Source of the DNA: Barthelona sp. PCE
Taxonomy: Eukaryota
Reading direction: 5' to 3'
Assembly: GCA_040285745.1 (NCBI GenBank)
Contig: JAUFOR010000004.1
Span: 1,364,001-1,423,133 of the forward strand
Length of the DNA stretch: 59,133 nt
The notes under the pieces are model-generated. The model searched no databases, had not been told where the DNA came from, and worked only from the letters and a program-made list of their open reading frames with translations. The position numbers were made by a program, and so were the translations under genes. Shown here piece by piece: positions 20,067 to 28,975 of the stretch (positions within the stretch are counted from its first letter, which is position 1; every line of letters begins with the position of its first letter).

Positions 20067-20597
20067 CTAAGAATCTTCTAACTTGATGTAGAATGCTGTT
20101 GCTGTGGTTTCCAAGTCATTCCTATCTTGATAATAAGCTGAAACCTGTACATTCAAGCCACAAGACTGTAAAACTCCCTCAATTATTCCAGCAAGGAAGA
20201 ATTCGGGATTGAAACGACCATAAGATTGTTGTGATATGTACTGGCTTAATACCGCTTCTTTTAGCTTTATCATATAATCATTTTTCTGTCTTGCTCTCTC
20301 CAAAGAAATTTTTGCAAGATTTCTGTCAAATAAGAAGCCAAACAAAGACTTACACACTACTTTTTGAATTATATCTTCAGGATCGCTTAAACGACGAGAA
20401 CGCTCAGTAATGCTGATCAATTCAAGAAAGCGTACACCAATTTGTTTGCCACAATCACTTAACATCTGCTGTAGTTCAGTTACAGAGTTTGTCTGCTCAT
20501 TAAAAAACTTAATAAGCTCACAAAAAAATAGTGAAAATGTTTTAACTGGGACCCGTGATTTAATTGAGGGCAGAGGCTGAGAAAAAATCGATGACAT
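20067..20597 (-). CDS. TRAPPC5: TRAPP complex subunit 5 (Trs31)
   Basis: VPVKTFSLFFCELIKF...SVTELQQMLSDCGKQIGVRFLELI and FNPEFFLAGIIEGVL...VSAY match Trs31/TRAPPC5 of the Bet3 family. Confidence 0.88.
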   Translation of the reverse strand: MSSIFSQPLPSIKSRVPVKTFSLFFCELIKFFNEQTNSVTELQQMLSDCGKQIGVRFLELISITERSRRLSDPEDIIQKVVCKSLFGFLFDRNLAKISLERARQKNDYMIKLKEAVLSQYISQQSYGRFNPEFFLAGIIEGVLQSCGLNVQVSAYYQDRNDLETTATAFYIKLEDS

Positions 20598-20853
20598 GCA
20601 CAATTCGCAAACAATTTACGACAAAAATAATGAAGAGAGAAAGATTTGCAAAAACGACATACTTTATATAAAGGTACATTACTATATCATTAAATTCTTG
20701 CAATATCATTTTTAAACTTATTACAGATAGTATTAAAGGAAAAAACATTGCCAAAAACGAGTTTTGAATTATTTACCTCATTCACACATTTTGTTACGTT
20801 TTGTTGCAGTTGTTGAGCACTAAAATTGTCATTCGGATCCACCAAATATTTCA

Positions 20854-22404
20854 ATGACAAGCAGACGAGAAAGCAAACGACAAAGTAAGCAATTGGCCGA
20901 TGAGCAGTATGAAAATCCCTTCACAATGCCCGACCCCGACCAGATTTTTGAACTGAGGGAGAAGGAGCAGATTCAAAAAAGAAAAAGAAGGGAAGAGCTG
21001 GCAAAATTACCAATTTGGGAAAAGAATACTCATTCATCAACTGTATCAACGCACAAGTTTAATTTCAGACTGGAAGATGAAGAGGAGGATGAAAACAAGG
21101 GCGAAACTGAAGAAGAACGTCAGGCAAGAATTAAAAAAGAAGCAGCTGAAGCTGCTGCTGAAACTCTCTTTACTCAAAAGCAGGGCAAAGAAGACCTTAA
21201 TACTTTTGTATCGCGCAAGAAGGAGATGTTCTTTCTGCACCTTAACTACAACATTAAGCGTCGTGAGATTCAAAAATTGGAGACTGCCATCAAAAAGCGT
21301 GAAGATATGTTGAAGAAGGAAGAGGAAATCTACAACGAGAACAAAAAGAGGTTCGAGAAGACAGTTCAACAAGCCGATAAACAAGCTGTTTTGGCTATCA
21401 AGAAAGCAGATCAACAAATACGAAAAAGAGCTGAAAAGATTGCCGAGTTGAAGAAACTAAACATCACTTTGGCTGCCATTGAGAGTGAGAAGAGTAGATA
21501 TCTTGAGCAATTGAGTGAGAATAGACGTATCAAGGATTTCCTGGACAGTTTGATTCCTCAGGATTTCAAAAAACAACAGTATACCAAGTTAGCTGAGATA
21601 TATGACTTAGCAAATGTCAGTGATGTTACACAGGAGATGTTTGATAATTCTGCTGAGCAATATTGGGTTAATTCAGAGCGTCTACTTAACATTTTTAGCG
21701 ATCTTGAAGAGAAGAATCTCAGTTTGATTCAAACAAAGCAAGAACGTGAAGAACAGTTTGAGGTACTGAAGAAGCAGTACGAAGAGTCTTTATTAGAACT
21801 TCAAAAGAAGCAAAATAGCTTAGACAGTCAGGTTAATGAATTGCAAGAATTAATTCACAAAGAAGAGATCGAACAGAGTAGTGGATCTGTTGAAACGATG
21901 AAGATAGTTGGTAACTTTGACTATTCAAAGATAGAACAGCAGATAGCCAATCTTTATTCAATGATACAAGACCAAAACAACCGTAATGAAATTTCTGCAT
22001 CAATGGTTGAAGATTTTAAGGTCAATGAAGATGGGCAGCAAGCTGAAAAAGATAACACTAACCTATCATCGATTACACATATGCTCACAGAGATTGAAAC
22101 GTATTTAGATGGAATGTTTGGACGATTGAGATCACTTGATCCAAAGATTCTCGCTCATGCAGTTAAGATCAAGGAACAGCGAGAGTCGGAAAGGCGTCGT
22201 AAAGAATTAATTATCAAGAACGAAAAGGAACGTCAGGCACGTATCAAAAAAGTATTGGAAAGAGCAACTGCACCTGTTAAGAAGAGAAAGGGTAAGCCTA
22301 TTATGTTCCGCTCCAGACCATCTAAAAAGATTAAGAAGGTTGTGAAGGTTGAAAAAGACGATAACAAGAATGAAATCGATGTATATGCTGATTTCTGGGA
22401 ATAA
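20854..22404 (+). CDS. CFAP100: Cilia- and flagella-associated protein 100 (CCDC37-like, DUF4200)
   Basis: ENPFTMP, FVSRKKEMF...IKRREIQKLE, LEEKNLSLIQ and C-terminal RATAPVKKRKGKPIMFRSRP are CFAP100 motifs; long coiled coils. Confidence 0.88.
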   Translation: MTSRRESKRQSKQLADEQYENPFTMPDPDQIFELREKEQIQKRKRREELAKLPIWEKNTHSSTVSTHKFNFRLEDEEEDENKGETEEERQARIKKEAAEAAAETLFTQKQGKEDLNTFVSRKKEMFFLHLNYNIKRREIQKLETAIKKREDMLKKEEEIYNENKKRFEKTVQQADKQAVLAIKKADQQIRKRAEKIAELKKLNITLAAIESEKSRYLEQLSENRRIKDFLDSLIPQDFKKQQYTKLAEIYDLANVSDVTQEMFDNSAEQYWVNSERLLNIFSDLEEKNLSLIQTKQEREEQFEVLKKQYEESLLELQKKQNSLDSQVNELQELIHKEEIEQSSGSVETMKIVGNFDYSKIEQQIANLYSMIQDQNNRNEISASMVEDFKVNEDGQQAEKDNTNLSSITHMLTEIETYLDGMFGRLRSLDPKILAHAVKIKEQRESERRRKELIIKNEKERQARIKKVLERATAPVKKRKGKPIMFRSRPSKKIKKVVKVEKDDNKNEIDVYADFWE

Positions 22405-22423
22405 ACTGTATTATATTTGAAAA

Positions 22424-22789
22424 ATGCTTTTCTTCCAAGTCTCATCCATGTTAACGGGTAGTTAGGGAGAGTAAACAGACTCTTTACAGAGAATTAAGTT
22501 TGGAAGTTCATGGCACGCTTGTGAATAACACGCTATTTCGTAGGAGTAAATCTACTGAGGAGTAGACACGCGGTCTTCCCTCTTGTACTCTGTGAGTACT
22601 TACATCATTTCTTTCTCCCCTTTTATTTTTAAAAAAAGGGCTCTAGAACAATTCTCAGTGCAAGCACAGCACTCGAGGGAGCTTGCAACTCCCGTACAAG
22701 TGTCTAACTCCGAAGTAAATTTACAACCTCCTACGAACATCTGAAAGTATAGTATTTCAATATTGATAGTACAAAAATAAATAGGAAAC
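22424..22789 (+). repeat. Left direct repeat of cassette A, interrupted by a ~230-bp insert
   Basis: AGTTTGGAAGT (22497-22507) and ACATCTGAAAGTATAGTATTTCAATATTGATAGTACAAAAATAAATAGGAAAC (22737-22789) match the contiguous repeat at 42006-42076 and 25359-25432. Confidence 0.8.
22508..22736. other. Highly self-complementary insert (structured-RNA-like or MITE-like)
   Basis: Absent from the three other repeat copies. Inverted repeats: TTCGTAGGAG (22537-46) / CTCCTACGAA (22728-37), GTAAATCTACT / AGTAAATTTAC, AGACAC / GTGTCT, plus internal hairpins. Confidence 0.7.
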
Positions 22790-22852
22790 CGTAAAAGAAT
22801 AAAATTTGGGTTGTAGTTCATCTGCAAAACACTCAAATATATTATCTGCAAT

Positions 22853-23117
22853 CGTACCACAACGCAGCAAAAAAGTGCCCCACAACCAAGCCAATGCCCG
22901 CACGCGTCAAAAATCTTACGTGTCACGCGCTACAAGCCCTGCGAACCACATCAATAAATCTGTGAGGGGATAGAAATTCGAATGCAGTCCTGTTTCACAT
23001 TCGCGCTTTCTGTTTACGCTTCACGTGTATTATATCATCTTTATATGCCACGTGCAAGCACTAATATTTAATATATGCAAGCTATCTTAATATTCACCTA
23101 CTTCATTACAGCTATAT
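22853..23117 (+). promoter_or_regulatory. Conserved ~265-bp upstream element of the variable family (copy A)
   Basis: Near-identical to 42140-42404 and to the reverse of 56872-57139. Frame-breaking indels between copies indicate non-coding conservation. Contains CACGTG at 23022 and 23049. Confidence 0.6.
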
Positions 23118-25211
23118 ATGCCTAGGGTTCGTAAATTCGAGGAAGACCTTGTCATGCAGGCTTATCCTGAGGGGCAGATGATATTTGAGGGCCAGGGCGT
23201 AGTATTGCTTAAGTCAAGAGGAAACATCAGCCTCATTGAAAGCGCTATTGAAGGCAAGGACTTCGTTGGATACGTGGAGAATACGCGTGAGCCTCTTCAA
23301 TACACATCCAAATTAAAAGCTGGAGAATCTTACATCATCGAAGAGCTTCGTGAAAATCGTTTAGTAACCCATTTTGATATCTTATTATTTGATCATATCA
23401 TGAGTGATGAACATACAAGAGGGAGAATACCCTTCCCTTTTGCGAACAATCCAAATATACGTCTATTAGGTAGAATGATTCCGATGGATGAAAACCACCT
23501 ACTATTCACCATTATGGATAGAGAAATCTTTAATAATAATGGGCGATATATCCATTGTTACATATTAAATGTGCAAACGGAGGAATATAGATGTCTTGGA
23601 GAGTATGACTCTCAACCAACCGTTAATTCAAACTACATTTTGTTAAAGAAATGCCAAGATGATACCATATGGCATTACAATTTTTCTGCAGATGACATAG
23701 ACGAGGCACATGAACCTAATATTGAGCAGTTGCATGGTATTGATTCAAGATACTTCGGGTGTTTAAACTCGGATTGCATTTTCTCAGTCCTTCAAGGTCA
23801 TAGATATGGTGAATTGGTAATATTTGACAGTCAAAGGAACCAAGTTAACTTGACAGAAAGGTTTCCACAGCTTAAAGGATTGAATATTAGCAGATTCTCG
23901 AATTTTGCATTATTAACGCTCACTCAAGATGTTTTGTCAATGGTATTCATTGATTTAAGATTTGTGGAAGTGATTCATATCGAAAATGGTGAATTGAAAA
24001 TGTCAAAGGGTGAAATGAATTTGAGTATTGTACGCTTCAATGACTTGAAGCATATAGATTTGAACGATAATTCCTTTCATCATGAAGATTGTGTTTTTTG
24101 TGGTGTTGACAAAATTACAAGACGTTATGGCCCAATCAAATTCAGAGCAGTTGATAATGAGGTTGTGCGTTTGGCAAGCCTTGAACCAGCAGAAGTATTT
24201 TTTGATGGAATAGCGGAAGTGGATAACGGTTCGATAAGATATTACTTTTTTTTCAAAGAAAGGAAGCTTATTGTGCTGCGTGGGTGTAGGCCGGTTTCAC
24301 ATACGAGCTGCGAGATCCGATCAGTTCATCCAAATGAAGGAGATGATTTTTTTGTAATGGCAGAGAAGCATAGTGAAACAAATACATATGTCAAAATTCA
24401 CTGGCGCTGGTCAGAATCCAAGCCTGTCACAACCATTTTACCTCATTGCGGTTCTAATAACCGTGGTTTTATTCAAGGGTTGCCTGTCAATGTTGACCGT
24501 CTTGAGGATCGTACAGGCTTGGTGTATTTGGGAAGTAAGCTGCTTTTGGATCTTCCCCCGAATATTTATGTTCGAGGTGTTCATCGTTCACATTTTGATA
24601 ATTCAGCATGCATTCTGTGTAGAGATACAATCCATTTTTTTCGGTTCAATGTCAACGGGTATGTTGTGGAGGTTCAAAAGCACATTGTGTTTGAACATGA
24701 ATATTTATATGATGTTTACTTCAACCCTCGTCCATTGGCTGAAACACCTGATCATCAGCTGTTTGTTGTATATACACGCAGTAGGGCTGCAACAACGCAA
24801 CATTTACACTGTCTTGATTGGTCAACAGGAAGCTTCTTAGAGCCTGTTCACCTTTATCAGTATTATAAGAATGAAAAAATTAAGGAAGGTAACTTTTTCC
24901 GTAATTTCGTGGGAGATTCATACATACAGGTGAGGGGTGGTATCATTAAAGTATACGTTGAAGATGGTGCAATTGAAACGCATTTTTACATAAACGACAG
25001 TTTACCATATGAATTGAACATAAGCCACGATCAAAATCTGCTCAATAACACTATTCAAGACATGTCATACGAAGAAGAGACCAAGACAATGGTGCTGAAA
25101 ACTTACAATATTGAGGAAGACCCGGAATCGATCAATCCCACAGTGGAATCGTTCCACCTTCCATCGTTCCTGGCCGAGGCGTCCATCGTTGAGTATTACA
25201 TGCCAGATTAA
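23118..25211 (+). CDS. Lineage-specific ~700-aa beta-rich (possibly double beta-propeller) protein, family copy A
   Basis: 697-aa ORF, close paralog of 42405..44546 and 54748..56871. No signal peptide or TM segment is evident. The fold is inferred from the strand-like pattern only. Confidence 0.9.
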   Translation: MPRVRKFEEDLVMQAYPEGQMIFEGQGVVLLKSRGNISLIESAIEGKDFVGYVENTREPLQYTSKLKAGESYIIEELRENRLVTHFDILLFDHIMSDEHTRGRIPFPFANNPNIRLLGRMIPMDENHLLFTIMDREIFNNNGRYIHCYILNVQTEEYRCLGEYDSQPTVNSNYILLKKCQDDTIWHYNFSADDIDEAHEPNIEQLHGIDSRYFGCLNSDCIFSVLQGHRYGELVIFDSQRNQVNLTERFPQLKGLNISRFSNFALLTLTQDVLSMVFIDLRFVEVIHIENGELKMSKGEMNLSIVRFNDLKHIDLNDNSFHHEDCVFCGVDKITRRYGPIKFRAVDNEVVRLASLEPAEVFFDGIAEVDNGSIRYYFFFKERKLIVLRGCRPVSHTSCEIRSVHPNEGDDFFVMAEKHSETNTYVKIHWRWSESKPVTTILPHCGSNNRGFIQGLPVNVDRLEDRTGLVYLGSKLLLDLPPNIYVRGVHRSHFDNSACILCRDTIHFFRFNVNGYVVEVQKHIVFEHEYLYDVYFNPRPLAETPDHQLFVVYTRSRAATTQHLHCLDWSTGSFLEPVHLYQYYKNEKIKEGNFFRNFVGDSYIQVRGGIIKVYVEDGAIETHFYINDSLPYELNISHDQNLLNNTIQDMSYEEETKTMVLKTYNIEEDPESINPTVESFHLPSFLAEASIVEYYMPD

Positions 25212-25289
25212 CATGCCCAGATGAATAATGAATAGTTTCCATGACTACGGAGATATAGGAATACACATTTTCTCCTATTGTTTATAAGG

Positions 25290-25432
25290 ATGATTTTCTT
25301 TTCCTGGTTTCATCACTGAAGTTCGGATATGGTGCCGCAAAACGGGTACCTTCTTCAGAGTTTGGAAGTCCATACATCTGAAAAATAGTAGTATTTCAAT
25401 TACTAAATAGTACAATAAAATAAATAGGAAAC
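25290..25432 (+). repeat. Right direct repeat of cassette A
   Basis: ATGATTTTCTTTTCCTGGTTTCATC...CAGAGTTTGGAAGTCCATACATCTGAAAAATAGTAGTATTTCAAT...AATAAATAGGAAAC aligns to the upstream repeat 41932-42076. Confidence 0.8.
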
Positions 25433-25520
25433 TGAGAAATTGAAATACACCCGCATACGTTCTATTCCATTCTTTGTTTAAAATAAATTACAGGATCGTC
25501 CTGATCAGTGACAGTAATTG

Positions 25521-26075
25521 TTATTCAAAGTATTTCAAAAGGAAATTACGATATTGCGTTAGTGTAAGTGGATATTTTGAATTTGTTTCAATTTTTTTTT
25601 TGCATATTGAAAGCAAATTTTGGAATTCAGAAAAGGAATCATCACTGTTGAAATAATGCAAAACATGGGCGACTGCTCGAAACATCCCATCTACTGTGGA
25701 ATCTACCTCAAAAATTGGAATATCACTTTCATTTGTTAAGAAACGCCATTCGTCTACACAATCAACACTGATTATCCCACATAGAGACCGATTAAGCATC
25801 TTTGGTGTGGACATTTCACGTGGAATAGTTATAATATCTGGGCTAGCAATCTTGAAGCTTTCTACAGCACTTAAATAACAATAGTTGAACACAAGATCGA
25901 TACCAATGTCCAGGAAAAACAACGAGAGTGTGGTTTCCCATTGAATTGAGCATCCTGAACCACCCAAAATTGCAATACGAAGATCTCCTTTCCTAGAATT
26001 ATAATCATATGAAGGTAGAAGGTTACCCAAGTCCAAACTCTGTCCCTTTGCCACACAACAATGTCCCACACTCAT
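25521..26075 (-). CDS. Hypothetical protein (184 aa)
   Basis: ATG-started ORF after a pyrimidine tract, with an alpha/beta pattern (LRIAILGG, PDIITI, IPIFEVD). Its stop abuts the right end of cassette A. Confidence 0.6.
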   Translation of the reverse strand: MSVGHCCVAKGQSLDLGNLLPSYDYNSRKGDLRIAILGGSGCSIQWETTLSLFFLDIGIDLVFNYCYLSAVESFKIASPDIITIPREMSTPKMLNRSLCGIISVDCVDEWRFLTNESDIPIFEVDSTVDGMFRAVAHVLHYFNSDDSFSEFQNLLSICKKKIETNSKYPLTLTQYRNFLLKYFE

Positions 26076-26392
26076 ACAAAGAAAGGATAAATTGTGAAAT
26101 ACAACTACTCCACTTGAAGTGAATTAGTATATCAACCTATTTCCATTCACTTTAGTATTTAATCCACAAAAAAGAATGTCAAACCTAAAATGTTGCTGAT
26201 ACTACAATAAAATGAATGTAAACAAACTAACTATTACACAGCTATTCAACATCATAATATCGCTCAATTTTCTCTTAAAGCTCATAAAACACAAATATAA
26301 TATCAAAAAAAAGATGCAACAGTTGGTTTGCATTTTCTCACTCCTTTTTATTTACTTTTTTTACTTTTGCATACACAACATATAATAGTAAC

Positions 26393-28975
26393 ATGCCAAC
26401 AACGTTGAGGAACACTTTTGAAAAGCAAACTGTTATTCAGAACATATATAGTCATAAAGAACCTCAGACATGTACTTTAAGTGGGTCTGAGTATCTTTTC
26501 ACAATCTGCGATGGAACAGTTCTCATGATGAACGACGCCTGCGAAGTTGTGAAGCAATTTATGGGAAATGCCCAGTCAATTACATGTTTTTCCGTTTGCA
26601 GCATCAATGAGTTGTTGTACGTGGTTGACAGGTCCAACATGATGCTCATATATGCGCTTGACGATGACGAAAGCGCATTGCATGAGGTGAAAATTGGATC
26701 TAAATGCCCTATATCGATTTCGCTCGACTCAACAGGACGATTTGCTGCCGTGGGTTCTTCTGACAACACTATCCGTGTGTTTGATGTCAGCCTTCGTCAC
26801 ATGACACATCTTTTCAGGTGCGGTCGTGTACCTGAGATCATCTCGTTCATACCTGGAGAACTACAATTTTTAGTCGCTGCCCAAAGCGATCCTGTGATCA
26901 AGGTGTACGATTTGCATGAGAAAAAGCAGGTTGGATCTCTTAGGAATCATCTTTCGAGCATTGCGTACATGCGCTTTCTTTTTGATGGAAAGTTTTTGCT
27001 ATCAACTGGTTCAGACAACGTTATTTGTTTATTTGATGTTAAGGAAAGACGCTTTTTGACAGAATTCACAGCAATGGAGACAATTCATACCATCTTGGTG
27101 CTTGAAGAAATATGTGATTCACCAATCGCCAACTCCGATGTCATTGCACGTGTTCTTGTAGCAGGAGAGTCCAACAACGTGCGCATTGTGGACGTAACTC
27201 TTGATCGTTTCAAGGTGAAGTCAGAATATAAACTCCCAATCACCAATTCCAGTCGGAAAAACTATGCATCTGATTATATCAGGCATGGTGTCCTTTTAAA
27301 TGGCCGTGCCATGCTCTTCTCAACCCTCACTCATATCTCAGTATTGTCTGAAACATTTGATGCGATTGATTTTTCTATTCTAGGTTACTGTGATACTGTT
27401 ATCTCAACAGGTTTCTTACCCTGGAAAAAGGAAGAAATGGTGGTTGTCACAAACGATGCATTCGTCGTGCACCGCCGTCTGGGCTCCATGATGGGTCAAC
27501 TATTGTTTGCTCACACTGAGCCAGTGCTTTCTGCATGCATCTCTGCCCGATCAAAACATATGGTAACAGTCAGTAGGGACAAGTCCTCTGTGTTGTGGGA
27601 ATACGAAGATGGATCTTTTGTGCCGCTTGTGAGACTCACGGGCCACACATCAAGTGTTACGGGTGCCTCCATCTTTTCATATTCCGAAATAGAGATGGCT
27701 GTTTACACAGTTTCAGCAGATAGGACGCTGAAACGCTTCGATATCAACACACACAACATCAACGGCGATGCAAAAGCCACATGGACTCAGATTATCCATG
27801 AGACGGATATTAACTCCATAGATATTTCGCCCAACGGCAATCTTATCGCCACTGGCTCCCAAGACAAGACCATTGCAATCCATACCTGCGATGGTGAGTT
27901 TGTTGATAGGCTACGAGGTCACAAGCGAGGTGTATGGAACGTTCATTTCTCACACAAAACAAAACTTTTAGCCTCTTGTTCATCGGACGGCACAGTTCGA
28001 TTATGGTCGATGGAAAACTACGAGCTCATGAAAACGTTGAAACTCGTCGAAAGCGGCGCTGTTTTGGACGTGTGTCTTATTTCTAATGATATGCAAATTG
28101 CTGCCGTCTATTCAACAGGTGTTGTTGCTGTTATCAATATCAAAACAAGTGAGATGGCGTTCGGTACCGATGCACACGACGGATCTAGAGTGTGGACTAT
28201 CAAATCGTATGACGATGGTGATCATTTGCTAACGGGTGGCAGTGACGGAAGTGTCATATTCTGGCATGATAAGACTGAGGAAGCCATTCGTCTTGAGGAA
28301 GAAGACAAGCAGGCAAAGTTGGAGCTCCAACAGAAGCTGTGGAACTTTATCAAAGCAAAGAGGTATGTAGAGGCCGCACATATTTGTTTGGAGCTCAATT
28401 TTTCTAAAAGATTATTGACTGTTATCGGAATGATGAATGACAAGTCGCTTCATCAATTTTTGTTTGAAACTGCAAAGAAAGATATTCCAAACATCCTTTT
28501 ATTGCAGGAAAGAAACAGCAGAAATGAAGAGAAAGAAGAGCTTGAGGTTCTTGAGACCAATAGTCGTAACCTCGGCATGGAAACAACTGACATGGGTACC
28601 ATCCTGGATGTCAAGCGTGATGAAAAGAAGGTTATAAGCCTAATGCTGAGATTATTCAAGTTCTGTAGAGACTGGATGTGTCATTCACGAACGTACACAG
28701 AAGCAGTCCGCATAATCACCAAACAGCTTGAAATACACGCTCTTGACCGCTTTTCTGAGTTGCTTTCTCTGGATATGTCTAATTCGAAGTTTATAATTCT
28801 TACTGTTCAGAGTTATTTACAAAAGCACATAAATAGGTTACACAGGATGTTGCATACTGCTTATATTCTGAAACAATACACGGGAATGGATTCTTTTGAA
28901 GAAGAAGAAGACGGTGAAAAACCACGTATAGTTGCTGTTGAGAATGCACTAAATGATATTAAGAACAGTCTTTAA
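26393..28975 (+). CDS. UTP13: U3 snoRNA-associated protein 13 (TBL3), WD40 repeats plus Utp13 C-terminal domain
   Basis: HETDINSIDISPNGNLIATGSQDKT, LRGHKRGVWNVHFS, LLTGGSDGSVIFWHDKTEE, QQKLWNFIKAKRY and FCRDW are characteristic of TBL3/Utp13. Confidence 0.9.
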   Translation: MPTTLRNTFEKQTVIQNIYSHKEPQTCTLSGSEYLFTICDGTVLMMNDACEVVKQFMGNAQSITCFSVCSINELLYVVDRSNMMLIYALDDDESALHEVKIGSKCPISISLDSTGRFAAVGSSDNTIRVFDVSLRHMTHLFRCGRVPEIISFIPGELQFLVAAQSDPVIKVYDLHEKKQVGSLRNHLSSIAYMRFLFDGKFLLSTGSDNVICLFDVKERRFLTEFTAMETIHTILVLEEICDSPIANSDVIARVLVAGESNNVRIVDVTLDRFKVKSEYKLPITNSSRKNYASDYIRHGVLLNGRAMLFSTLTHISVLSETFDAIDFSILGYCDTVISTGFLPWKKEEMVVVTNDAFVVHRRLGSMMGQLLFAHTEPVLSACISARSKHMVTVSRDKSSVLWEYEDGSFVPLVRLTGHTSSVTGASIFSYSEIEMAVYTVSADRTLKRFDINTHNINGDAKATWTQIIHETDINSIDISPNGNLIATGSQDKTIAIHTCDGEFVDRLRGHKRGVWNVHFSHKTKLLASCSSDGTVRLWSMENYELMKTLKLVESGAVLDVCLISNDMQIAAVYSTGVVAVINIKTSEMAFGTDAHDGSRVWTIKSYDDGDHLLTGGSDGSVIFWHDKTEEAIRLEEEDKQAKLELQQKLWNFIKAKRYVEAAHICLELNFSKRLLTVIGMMNDKSLHQFLFETAKKDIPNILLLQERNSRNEEKEELEVLETNSRNLGMETTDMGTILDVKRDEKKVISLMLRLFKFCRDWMCHSRTYTEAVRIITKQLEIHALDRFSELLSLDMSNSKFIILTVQSYLQKHINRLHRMLHTAYILKQYTGMDSFEEEEDGEKPRIVAVENALNDIKNSL

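Larger units (their letters stand above)
22424..25520 (+). mobile_element. Duplicated ~3.1-kb gene cassette, copy A (family gene plus both flanks); mobility mechanism unknown
   Basis: Collinear with 41932..44825 from ATG(C/A)TTTTCTTCCA at the left to CAGGATCGTCCTGATCAG (plus ~12 weakly matching bases) at the right. It sits between unrelated genes at each locus. No transposase and no clear target-site duplication. Confidence 0.6.

Noticed and set aside
22555-22720. Hammerhead ribozyme (CTGAGGA core) or RNase P/U3-like motifs in the insert
   Set aside because: There is no GAAA after the candidate stem II, no convincing P4 pairing and no complete box set.
22498-22737. SRP RNA (Alu-like TGGCACGCTTGTGAATAACACGCTATTTCG, long stem, CAG..AGCA)
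   Set aside because: The helix-8 motif is not canonical, internal T-runs on both strands would stop Pol III, and wobble pairs mostly favour the opposite strand. An Rfam search is needed.
22424-25520. LTR retrotransposon, Helitron or TIR transposon identity for the cassette
   Set aside because: No gag/pol, RepHel or transposase; no TG..CA or TC..CTRR termini; no terminal inverted repeats or target-site duplication seen.
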